Shown here: piece after piece, positions 46,596 to 54,161 of the stretch
Numbering within the stretch: the first letter of the stretch is position 1
Layout: each line of letters starts with the position of its first letter
Assembly: GCA_003223415.1 (NCBI GenBank)
Contig: QHUY01000007.1
Coordinates: 1 to 54,161 of the forward strand
Reading direction: 5' to 3'
Source of the DNA: Gemmatimonadota bacterium
GTDB lineage: Bacteria; Gemmatimonadota; Gemmatimonadetes; Gemmatimonadales; GWC2-71-9
DNA length: 54,161 nt
Position numbers and translations under genes: made by a program
Notes under the pieces: generated by a model
What the model was told of the DNA's origin: nothing
Database searches by the model: none
What the model saw: only the letters and a program-made list of their open reading frames with translations

Positions 46596-46634
46596 GGCCA
46601 AGGAGCCAAGACCATTCCCCATTCCCCATTCCCC
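46563..46634. repeat. Inverted heptamer array (GGGGAAT-type)4...(ATTCCCC)3 between convergent genes
   Basis: Overlaps the xdhC stop codon and has the same GGGGAAAGGTAAGGC end as the 13584 array. Confidence 0.85.
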
Positions 46635-46637
46635 GTC

Positions 46638-47738
46638 CTACTTCACGAGTTCGAGCAATTTCGAGAGGGAGTCTGTAGGCAGCGGCCCCGCGATCTCCAC
46701 CCGCAGGCCGCCCACGTACCGCGCCAGCCGCTCGACGCCTTGGGACTGGGCCGCCGCTGCAGCGTAGTCTCGGGCCGCGAGTGAGTCCGCCCGCGCGCGG
46801 CTCCGCAGGCTCACTTCCGGCCGATCCGCCCGCCGCTGGAAGAGCTGGACCACCGTCGCCTGATCCACCGCCTGCTCGACCAGGATCACGCCGTCGCCCA
46901 AGGGGCTGCGACGCACGTCTCGCACCGGCAGACCGGGGATGGTGACGGGGTTGACGCCGAGGGTCGGGCGTGCGGCGTCGAGGCCGATGATCGTCCAGCT
47001 CGATGTGAGCACCACCAGGCTCCGGCCGCGGACCGGCCGCGCCTGCCCGGTCACTACGCCTCCGTCCACCTCAGCGGGTACATTTGCCGCGGTCGTCGGG
47101 GGGGGTGTCGCCTTCAGCTCGGCGCGCGGCTGCGCCTGCGCGATCGCGGGCGCGACCTGGAGGGGAGCGGCCGCTGCGCTCGCACCCGCGGAGGGCCGTG
47201 GCTCGGATTCGGCCGCGACCCGATCGGCGGCCCGCTCGTCGGCCCGGCCGCCGGTCGGAATCGTGCCTGGCGTGACGACCCGTTGCTGCCGCTCCTCGCG
47301 CGCCGGCTCCATTGACCGGAGCGCCAATGCGTTCGTGGCTCCGGTATCGGCGCGCGTGGCCTTCGCGACGCTGCCCCCGGGAAGGGAGGGGGGGGGCGCG
47401 CGCATCGCCCGAGCGCCACCCAAGTACCAGCCGAGCCCCAGCGCCAGGAGAACCGTGGCCGCCCAGACTGCGGGCAACCGGAACTGCCACAACGGCCGCG
47501 GCTGGGGAGGGGGGGGGGAGGGGGAGGGGCGCAGCTGGTGGAAGGGGGGGATGGCGCGTTCGGGCGGCGTCGCCAGCGCGAGCAGGGCGTCGGCTCGCTC
47601 GATCAGCCCCCGCTCCTCGTCCAGCCGCGCGCGGCAAGCAGGGCAGGAGGCCAGGTGGGCCTCGAGCTGCGCCCGCTCTACGGGTGAAAGCTGCCCGTCG
47701 AGATAGGCGTGCAGTGTACCGTCATCCGCGTGCGACAT
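46638..47738 (-). CDS. Zinc-binding (zf-HC2) anti-sigma factor
   Basis: LHAYLDGQL...HLASCPAC, one TM helix and an extracytoplasmic tail. Confidence 0.85.
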   Translation of the reverse strand: MSHADDGTLHAYLDGQLSPVERAQLEAHLASCPACRARLDEERGLIERADALLALATPPERAIPPFHQLRPSPSPPPPQPRPLWQFRLPAVWAATVLLALGLGWYLGGARAMRAPPPSLPGGSVAKATRADTGATNALALRSMEPAREERQQRVVTPGTIPTGGRADERAADRVAAESEPRPSAGASAAAAPLQVAPAIAQAQPRAELKATPPPTTAANVPAEVDGGVVTGQARPVRGRSLVVLTSSWTIIGLDAARPTLGVNPVTIPGLPVRDVRRSPLGDGVILVEQAVDQATVVQLFQRRADRPEVSLRSRARADSLAARDYAAAAAQSQGVERLARYVGGLRVEIAGPLPTDSLSKLLELVK

Positions 47739-48225
47739 GTTTTCCCTCACTTCCGTCTTCGTAAGCCTCTAGCAGCCGCCGCCGGGCCCGGGCCAGCGTG
47801 GTGCCCACGGCGCCGTGCGCCAGGCCCGTCTGGGCGGCGATCTCGTCGTACGACATGCCGGCGTCCCACAGCAGCAGCGCCTCGCGGTCCCGTGGCGTCA
47901 GCCGCGCCAGCGCTGCGCGCACCCGCGCGCGCCGGGTCTCCGCGTCAATCTCCTCTTCCGGCGCACCGCTCACCGCAGCCGGCTCACCCTTGAGGAGCGT
48001 CAGGTGCCGGCGCTCGCGCGCCGCGCGGCGTGCTTCGTCCCGCGCCAGGTTCGCCGCCACCACGAACAGCCAGCCTCGCGCATTCTCGGGTTGGTGCACC
48101 AGCGCCCGGGCGAACGCCTCCTGGGCAAGGTCCTCCGCGCGATCGGCGTCCCACACCTTGCGATACAGGAACCGCACGAGCGCGCGGAAGGTGGTCTTGT
48201 AAACCTCGGCCAAGTCCTCGGGCAT
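47722..48225 (-). CDS. ECF sigma factor
   Basis: AEDLAQEAF, WLFVVAANLARD and LTPRDRE...SYDEIA...VGTTLARAR motifs. Start 48225. Confidence 0.92.
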   Translation of the reverse strand: MPEDLAEVYKTTFRALVRFLYRKVWDADRAEDLAQEAFARALVHQPENARGWLFVVAANLARDEARRAARERRHLTLLKGEPAAVSGAPEEEIDAETRRARVRAALARLTPRDREALLLWDAGMSYDEIAAQTGLAHGAVGTTLARARRRLLEAYEDGSEGKHVARG

Positions 48226-48230
48226 GGTCA

Positions 48231-48328
48231 AATGCGGAATGGGGAATGCGGAATGCGGAATGTAACGGCCGCGCTCCTCTTCGAACTCGCCCTTCCATTC
48301 CGCATTCCGCGCTCCGCATTCCACATTC
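48231..48328. repeat. Inverted heptamer array (TGCGGAA)4...(CATTCCG)4-5
   Basis: Same architecture as 26220-26302; fills the VWA-sigma intergenic gap. Confidence 0.88.
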
Positions 48329-48331
48329 GTC

Positions 48332-50503
48332 TCACTGGCGGAACTGTTTCGCTAGCTCCGCGAGCTCCCCTTCGCGCCAGGATTCCAGGCCACCCTCCTG
48401 AATCTTCACGCTCACACGCCGCCCGGCCACCAGCACGGCCGGTTGCAACGCCGCGGGCTGCACGAGCTCCGGCAGGGCGCGCAACAGGGCGAAGTAAGCC
48501 GGGCTGAAGGGCGCGACCGTGACGACCCGCAACGAGTCGCCGTGGTGGGTGTCCGTCCAGACGTTGTCCTTGTGGAGGAACAGCCGCGCGCCAATCCGCT
48601 CGACACGCTGACCGCGCGTCAGGCTCCTGTTGACGGCCGCCGAATCCGCCTTCGCGGCCGTTCCGGTCACGACGATCGCGTCCAGGCTCATGCTGCTGCG
48701 GAGCCTCGCCTGCTCCTGCGCTTGCGCCACAGCGCCGGCCCCCGCCTGATCGCGCGGAGCCGACATCGGCACGGGGGGCCCTGGAAAGGCGACGATGCCG
48801 GGTTCCTGCACGAGGTACGACGTGTACTCGGTCAGGATCCCGTAGCGCAACGCCAGCTCTCGCAATTCTCGCATGATCTCGGGATTTTGGCCGTGCAGCC
48901 GGATCTCTTGAGACAGGCTGCCCGCTTTGCGCGCCGCCCAGAGCTGCTCGATGTAGCGCGCATCGGCGCTCTCCCTGTCACTGGCCGTTGTGTTGAATCG
49001 CTCTTCGTGGCCGCCCCGCTGTCCGCGCACGGCGATGGACCACTCCCCACTCCCCACGCCTCTGTATCTCCCGAACACCACCATCTCATCGCCTGCGAAC
49101 AGGTCCGGCAAGTGCTCGGGCTCCACGTCGTACACCTCGAGCCCCGAACCGGCCGAGAGGGCGAGGTCGGTGAGCACGGGGCTGGCGATCTTGCTCGCCA
49201 GGTCGCCCACCGTCGCCTCGAGGTCGGCGCCGGGGCGGACGTACTCGGTGACGCCGCGGGCCCGTTCCGTCAGCCGGTCGAGCAGATAGGTGTTGACGTC
49301 GTACCCGATGCCGAAGGCGAACACTCGGAACGCGCCCCGATTGTGCTCGGCCCCGTCGGCGATGTGCTCGGGGTCCGAGTCGCCTACCGTCGGCAGCCCG
49401 TCGGTGAGGAAGACGACCACTCCCAGCGTCCCGGCCGCCGGCGCCGCCGAGAACGCTTCCGTCAGCGCCCCCGCGATGTTGGTACCGCCTTCGGCCTCGA
49501 GGGACCGGATCCACTGTTCCGCGTCGCGGCGAGCGTCGGTGGAGACCGGCGTCCACTCGGAGCGGTACCGGCGCACACTGCTCGAGAACGCGACGAGCCG
49601 AAACCGATCGCCCTCGCGCAGCGTGGCGAGCAGTTGCACCAGCGCGCCCTTCGCCTGCTCGATCTTCTCCCCGGACATCGAGCCCGAGATGTCGAGCACG
49701 GCGACGAGGTCGCGGTGCACCGCGGCCGCGTCACGGGCGGCGCCCGGCGCGAGCAGCAGCATGAAGTAGCCGTCTTCGCCGCCGGGGTGGTGCGTGAGGA
49801 GCGACATTCCCACGAGTCCGCGCGCGAGCGGCAGCAGGAGCTCCAGGTCGCCGCGTGCACCGGAGTCGGCCAGCGTGATCTCGAGCTGGTCGCTGCGGCG
49901 CGTCGTGCGCACCTGGTGCGTCGGGGAATACGGGTCGCCGAACCGCGCCCCGCTGTCCACCACGACGCGAATGCTGCGCGGCGCGGCGTCCGGACCCGCG
50001 GAGTAGCGCAGCCGCCACGCGTCGCCCACCCGGTCGAGCACCTGCGTATAGCGCAGTGTGATCTTGCGCGTCTCCCCGGGGTTGATGGGGAAGACCCGGG
50101 CGCGCACCAGGCCGTGGCCGGCCAGCTCGATCAGCGCCGGGTCGCGCTTCCTCCGCACGATGCCCTCGTAGATGGCGCGCGCCTGGGCCGCGTCCATCGT
50201 CTCGCCACGCAGCTCCTGGTCGCCCTGCCACAGCGAGAAGCTGCTGAAAACGGCCTCGCCGGGGAGGGGATAGAGATACGTGCCCTCACCCAGACCGGGC
50301 CCGCGGTTTTGAAACCATTCCTCGACCGTCACCCGGGCTACCCGACCCGTGACCGCGGCTTGAACGGCGCTGCGGACCCGGACGATGCCGGCGCCGGGCA
50401 GCGGGTGCATGGGCTCGATCCAGCCCTGCGCTGTCAGCGCGAGGGAGGGAGCCGCGACGAGGGCCAGGATCAGCGTGGACAGGCGGAATGTGAGGCTGCG
50501 CAT
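48332..50503 (-). CDS. Secreted VIT + von Willebrand A domain protein
   Basis: Signal LTA|Q; EGTYLYPLP (VIT); DISGSMS MIDAS; GGTNI; FLTDG; TEYTSYLV. Confidence 0.9.
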   Translation of the reverse strand: MRSLTFRLSTLILALVAAPSLALTAQGWIEPMHPLPGAGIVRVRSAVQAAVTGRVARVTVEEWFQNRGPGLGEGTYLYPLPGEAVFSSFSLWQGDQELRGETMDAAQARAIYEGIVRRKRDPALIELAGHGLVRARVFPINPGETRKITLRYTQVLDRVGDAWRLRYSAGPDAAPRSIRVVVDSGARFGDPYSPTHQVRTTRRSDQLEITLADSGARGDLELLLPLARGLVGMSLLTHHPGGEDGYFMLLLAPGAARDAAAVHRDLVAVLDISGSMSGEKIEQAKGALVQLLATLREGDRFRLVAFSSSVRRYRSEWTPVSTDARRDAEQWIRSLEAEGGTNIAGALTEAFSAAPAAGTLGVVVFLTDGLPTVGDSDPEHIADGAEHNRGAFRVFAFGIGYDVNTYLLDRLTERARGVTEYVRPGADLEATVGDLASKIASPVLTDLALSAGSGLEVYDVEPEHLPDLFAGDEMVVFGRYRGVGSGEWSIAVRGQRGGHEERFNTTASDRESADARYIEQLWAARKAGSLSQEIRLHGQNPEIMRELRELALRYGILTEYTSYLVQEPGIVAFPGPPVPMSAPRDQAGAGAVAQAQEQARLRSSMSLDAIVVTGTAAKADSAAVNRSLTRGQRVERIGARLFLHKDNVWTDTHHGDSLRVVTVAPFSPAYFALLRALPELVQPAALQPAVLVAGRRVSVKIQEGGLESWREGELAELAKQFRQ

Positions 50504-50535
50504 GATGGCTCTTCCGGGGCTTGGGATGCCCAGAG

Positions 50536-50563
50536 AGACGCGCGGCGGCCGGCGCCATGCACA
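50536..50563 (-). promoter_or_regulatory. Candidate ECF-type promoter for the VWA-sigma-anti-sigma operon
   Basis: TGTGCA-N17-CGTCT about 30 nt upstream of the ATG. Confidence 0.35.
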
Positions 50564-50602
50564 GGGTTGCGGGAATGCCTGAGGGGGCCGCAATCTTTGG
50601 CC

Positions 50603-50965
50603 GTGGCTCGGTTCACGTTCAGCCGGCTCAACCGCCTCCCCACGCAGGAAGAGGGACTGCGTCGCTACACGGTGCTCAACGCGCCGGGGATGCTGGCAGA
50701 GGGGGGGGGAGGACTCGAGGTGGGGCATGCGGTGCTGAAGCCGGGCGCCGACGTGTCGATCGCGGCCGATGCCCAACGCACGCTGGTCTTCACGATCGCA
50801 GGGCGAGGGGCCATCCTGCTCGACGACAACCGCATCGAAGTGGCGGCCGACGACCTCGTGTACATCGAGCCCGGCTGCTCCTACGCTCTCAAGACCGTCG
50901 GGATCTCGGACTGGGTGTACGTGGTGGTGCGGGGCGGTGAGGGGAGACCTGGCGGTCTGGGCTAG
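50603..50965 (+). CDS. Cupin-fold protein
   Basis: 3' part of ORF 48443..50965: LKPGA...FTIAGRG...DDLVYIEPG. The GTG is preceded by CAATCT at 6 nt. Confidence 0.7.
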   Translation: MARFTFSRLNRLPTQEEGLRRYTVLNAPGMLAEGGGGLEVGHAVLKPGADVSIAADAQRTLVFTIAGRGAILLDDNRIEVAADDLVYIEPGCSYALKTVGISDWVYVVVRGGEGRPGGLG

Positions 50966-51068
50966 TACCGTTCCAACTTGTTCCGCCGAATGGCCCGGCG
51001 ACGTGCCCCCCGCGTGGATGCGTGGTCGTTTCCGTCCTCTATGCTAGGCACGAATAGTTGGAACGGCA
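50966..51068. mobile_element. MITE-like element, copy 3 (103 bp)
   Basis: TACCGTTCCAAC...GTTGGAACGGCA flanked by CTAG (50962-50965 and 51069-51072). Confidence 0.75.
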
Positions 51069-52235
51069 CTAGGCGGCGCCTGGGACGGCGCACTGGTTCG
51101 GGCCGAACTCCACGATCTCGGCGTCCGCCTCGGACAGCGACATGAGTCCCAGATTCGCCAGCTTGATGGTCCGGTAGGCTTCCGGGGGCGTGACGGTCTG
51201 CCCCGTCACCCAGGCGAGGAACACCTGCTCGTCCTGGATCGCGACGGCCTCGTTGGTAGCGGCGATCACGTCGAACCGCGCGGCCACGCCGCGATCGGCC
51301 CGGCGCTCTCGCTCGCTGGCGTAGTGGGCCGGCAGCACCAGCAGCTCGCCCGGCCAGGAGCGACGCACGCGCTCCAGGCTGCGCCACAGCAGCTTCCCCC
51401 AGGCTGCTCCTTGGCCGCCGAGGTCCGGACGGCCGACCGACTGCACGAACAGGAAGTCGCCAGTGAGCGCGAGTCCCGCACCGTCGTCCGCGATCAGACA
51501 GACGCTGCCGAGGGTGTGGCCGGGGAGGTGCTCGACCTGTAGCGTCGCTCGCCCGAAGGCGATCTGGTCGCCGTCGGCGAGCGGCCGATACTCGAGTCGG
51601 CCCGGCGCGCCGTCGTAGGGCGAGCGGGCGTCGTCGGGATGCAGGCGGTAGGGCACGCCCCACCGCGCGGCCACGGCGCCTGCCCCGCTCAGATAATCGG
51701 CGTGCATGTGGGTGTCGAGCACGGCCACCGGCCGTGCACGGAGCTCGGCGAGGAGCGCGTCGTAGCGCTCCACGTGCCGGCCCGGATCCACCACCACCGC
51801 TTCCCCTTGGCTGGCGAGCACGTAGCTCAACGCCCCCTTGCCGACGCGGTCCACCTGCACCACGTGCTCGAGCGAGGGCGTGGAGGCGAGACGGCGCGGG
51901 ACGTATACCGCCTCCCAGGCCGCCATGCCGCCTGTCACCGAATAGGCCTCGACGCCGCGCTGGCGCAGGAAGGCGGTCGCCTGCTTGCTGCTGTTGCCGT
52001 GCCCACAGATCACCGCCACGGGGCGCGCGGCGTCGAGCGCCAGCGGCTCGAGACTCGGCAGCCGGTAGATCTCCGAGGCCGGCATGGCGCGAAAGTCGAG
52101 GGCGCGACCAAACTGCACGCGGCTGCGCGCGACCTTCTCCGGAGCGCGGATGTCGAGGACCTGGACCGGCTCCCCGCCGTCGAGCCGGCGGGCGAGTTCC
52201 TCGACCGACAGCTGCGGCAACGCGGGATCGCTCAT
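51069..52235 (-). CDS. Rhodanese + MBL-fold (persulfide dioxygenase-like) fusion
   Basis: LDIR, ICGHGNSS and GGMAAW (rhodanese); THMHADY, PGHT, TGDxLF, GRPD and PAH (MBL). Confidence 0.88.
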   Translation of the reverse strand: MSDPALPQLSVEELARRLDGGEPVQVLDIRAPEKVARSRVQFGRALDFRAMPASEIYRLPSLEPLALDAARPVAVICGHGNSSKQATAFLRQRGVEAYSVTGGMAAWEAVYVPRRLASTPSLEHVVQVDRVGKGALSYVLASQGEAVVVDPGRHVERYDALLAELRARPVAVLDTHMHADYLSGAGAVAARWGVPYRLHPDDARSPYDGAPGRLEYRPLADGDQIAFGRATLQVEHLPGHTLGSVCLIADDGAGLALTGDFLFVQSVGRPDLGGQGAAWGKLLWRSLERVRRSWPGELLVLPAHYASERERRADRGVAARFDVIAATNEAVAIQDEQVFLAWVTGQTVTPPEAYRTIKLANLGLMSLSEADAEIVEFGPNQCAVPGAA

Positions 52236-52268
52236 GGGCTCTTAGTGTCGCAAGTGCCTCCCGGAAAT

Positions 52269-52298
52269 GCAACGGCCTCCAAGTGCGGAGGCCGTTGC
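52269..52298 (-). terminator. Intrinsic terminator
   Basis: GCAACGGCCTCC-N6-GGAGGCCGTTGC, a 12-bp perfect stem downstream of the barrel gene. Confidence 0.7.
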
Positions 52299-52324
52299 TG
52301 ATGGCTGACGGCTGACGGCTGAAG

Positions 52325-53422
52325 CTACTGCAGCGGCACCGTCAGGCCCAACGAGATGCCGGTGACGTTAGCGGCCGGGAATCTCGGGTTGGTCCGCCGC
52401 GCCGGGAACATGGTGTGGCTCAGCTCAATGCGCCCACCGAGCTCGTCGGACAGACCGAACCGGTAGCCTGCGGCCACGACGCCGCCCGGGCGCGCGTAGG
52501 CTGGCGTACCCGTGATCTTGACGTACTGGGCGTCGCCGCCAGCCGCGGCGTACCAACCGCCGTGGATGGCGTAGTCGAGGCGCGCGGCGATGTTGGACGT
52601 AGCGGAAGTGAGGCTCCCCGGTCCTGCCTGCTGCAGGCGGTGCAGGTCGAACCCGGGCTCGACTGCGAGCCGCTTCCCAATCGGGAAGATGGCGAACAGC
52701 GTCGGCGGCATTAAGCTGCGACTGCCTTGACCGAGGAAGGAGAGCATCGTGAAGTTGTTCGCGGCAGCGTTGTTCCGGATGCCGTGGATCTGGCTGTATC
52801 CGGCCGACACGCCGATCACCTGCCTCCACAGGCTGCGTGCAGGTCCTGCGGCCGCGCGTCGCGAAGTACCGCCACCAGAGGTGGCCGACAGCCCGAACAG
52901 CAGGGCGTAAACGTCCCGCGGGCCGTAGCGGTCCGTCTTACTCATGAGGTTGATCCGGGCTTCGACGCGCCCCCGCAGCGAGCCGGTGAGGTGCATACGA
53001 TACCCCCCGGCGATGAGTGCGCCGAGCTGAGTCTCCTCGAGGGCGGTGCCGCTTTGGTGGCCCAGGGTCAGGCCGGCCGCCCCGTACAACTTTGGGCTCA
53101 GCGCGTAATCCAAGCGCAGCCCCACGTCGGCCAACGTCGTATTGAGCGTTTGCTGGGTTTGTGACACGGAGAACGACGGCTCGATGGCGAGCTTCGGACT
53201 CCAGGGGATGACCGCGAACACCGCGGTGTAACTGGGTCGTGCGGGCGCAATGTCCAGTCCCGGGAGGTCGAACAGATCGATGCGATCGTTCAGGCCGGTG
53301 CCAGCCGGCTTGACTCGCGCAAAGCCTCCCTGAATGCCGATCTCCGAGCGCCACAGCTGCTGCGCGCGCAGTGCCGGAGCGGCCAGTAGACCGAACAGGG
53401 CAAAGACGAAGAGCTTCTTCAT
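52325..53422 (-). CDS. Outer-membrane beta-barrel protein with an internal duplication
   Basis: GGAGG RBS; signal LRA|Q; two related halves (W..xIG..GG/AGY, FAxxP...KLAxEP, RLDYA, GY R); alternating strands. Confidence 0.75.
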   Translation of the reverse strand: MKKLFVFALFGLLAAPALRAQQLWRSEIGIQGGFARVKPAGTGLNDRIDLFDLPGLDIAPARPSYTAVFAVIPWSPKLAIEPSFSVSQTQQTLNTTLADVGLRLDYALSPKLYGAAGLTLGHQSGTALEETQLGALIAGGYRMHLTGSLRGRVEARINLMSKTDRYGPRDVYALLFGLSATSGGGTSRRAAAGPARSLWRQVIGVSAGYSQIHGIRNNAAANNFTMLSFLGQGSRSLMPPTLFAIFPIGKRLAVEPGFDLHRLQQAGPGSLTSATSNIAARLDYAIHGGWYAAAGGDAQYVKITGTPAYARPGGVVAAGYRFGLSDELGGRIELSHTMFPARRTNPRFPAANVTGISLGLTVPLQ

Positions 53423-53482
53423 CAGTCCCTCCAGTCATGGGTCCGTCTGCGCTCCCAACCTTCACTTAACTTCAGGCGGCTC

Positions 53483-53498
53483 AGTGACATAAGTCACA
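53483..53498. promoter_or_regulatory. CRP/FNR-family binding site
   Basis: Minus strand TGTGA-CTTATG-TCACT is a 9/10 match to TGTGA-N6-TCACA, about 60 nt upstream of ATG 53422. Confidence 0.55.
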
Positions 53499-53526
53499 CC
53501 ATTCTGGGCCAGACCCCAAAACGCAA

Positions 53527-53551
53527 CGGCCCTCGAGGTTTGCGAGGGCCG
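53527..53551 (-). terminator. Intrinsic terminator
   Basis: CGGCCCTCG-N7-CGAGGGCCG followed on the minus strand by TTGCGTTTT. Confidence 0.65.
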
Positions 53552-53590
53552 CCATTGGAGGCTGACCGGTGATGGCTGATGGCCGACGGC

Positions 53591-54160
53591 TTACTTCAGC
53601 GGCATCGCGGCCCCGACCATCAGCCCGACGGTGTTGGTCGCCCGGCTCAGGTCCGTGTTCTGCTTGAACATCGTGTAGTTGATCTCGACGCGGCCGGCCA
53701 GGTCGCCGCTCAGATGAAAACGGTACCCCCACCCGAGATTCACGCCCGGCACGCTCACGGCCGTCGTGCTGGTGTCGGCGAACGTGCCTTTCGTGGCCTT
53801 GATGATGTGGAGGTTCAGACCGCCGGCGGCGTACCAGCCACCGCTCACTGCCCAGTCCAACCGGCCGGCGAGGTTGCCGGAAAAGACGGTGACTCGATTG
53901 AACTGCGTGCGGTGGACGTCCACGCCCGGCTCGACTGCCAACCTGGTGCTCACCGGGACGATGGCGTACAGCGCCGGGGCGCTGGGCGCGACGGCCCCAC
54001 CCAGGGGCGAGGTCGTGAGGCCGGAGCCCCAACTGGGGAACGACAGGATCGTGATGTCTCCCGCGCCACCGACTAGATGAGTCCGCTGATAGCCTCCCTG
54101 GAGGCCGATCGCCGGCTGCCAGGCGCTCCGGGGGGGGCGCGCCGAGTCCGCCGCCAGAGA
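53591..54160 (-). CDS. Outer-membrane beta-barrel paralogue, 3' part (5' end beyond the window)
   Basis: Frame is open to the window edge: ...WQPAIGLQGGYQR...LYAIVPVSTRLAVEPG...RLDWAVSGGWYAAGG...; clearly paralogous to 52325..53422. Confidence 0.8.
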   Translation of the reverse strand, partial: SLAADSARPPRSAWQPAIGLQGGYQRTHLVGGAGDITILSFPSWGSGLTTSPLGGAVAPSAPALYAIVPVSTRLAVEPGVDVHRTQFNRVTVFSGNLAGRLDWAVSGGWYAAGGLNLHIIKATKGTFADTSTTAVSVPGVNLGWGYRFHLSGDLAGRVEINYTMFKQNTDLSRATNTVGLMVGAAMPLK

Positions 54161-54161
54161 G

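Noticed and set aside
48443-50602. 840-aa plus-strand ORF as a single gene
   Set aside because: It is antisense to the VWA gene. Only the last ~120 codons (cupin) look genuine.

Overview
GC-rich bacterial chromosomal window. Gene style and content suggest Gemmatimonadota, which is an inference. From left to right it holds: a 5' fragment of an FHA-domain gene; a putative sigma-54-driven chaperone-usher-like pilus operon (three Cys-free DUF4402-like pilins, a chaperone and an usher-like protein) with a divergent ORF carrying only a donor-strand-like motif; a Tal/Pgi-type pgi, a beta-propeller/phosphoesterase and a GH38 mannosidase; an internally deleted IS200/RAYT-type tyrosine transposase flanked by REP-like palindromes; an aminomethyltransferase + two phytoene-dehydrogenase-like + Rieske oxygenase operon; a Dpp-type ABC importer with a GHMP kinase, heparinase II/III-like lyase, TrmJ and class III aminotransferase; an amidohydrolase pair/DHDPS-like/DHOD-like/OSBS-NAAAR operon; a BNR/VPS10 propeller protein; alternative complex III (actABCDEF) followed by two blue-copper lipoproteins; XdhC; a VIT-VWA/ECF sigma/anti-sigma module; a cupin; a rhodanese-MBL fusion; and two tandem outer-membrane beta-barrel paralogues. 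Non-coding signals are three MITE-like elements with CTAR duplications that coincide with stop codons, inverted heptamer arrays (intergenic and in-frame), and repeated leaderless-type -10 boxes. Several genes show deletions or frameshifts, some at G/C homopolymers, that may be assembly artefacts. No rRNA, tRNA or CRISPR array was recognised. All family assignments come from motif reading, not database searches.
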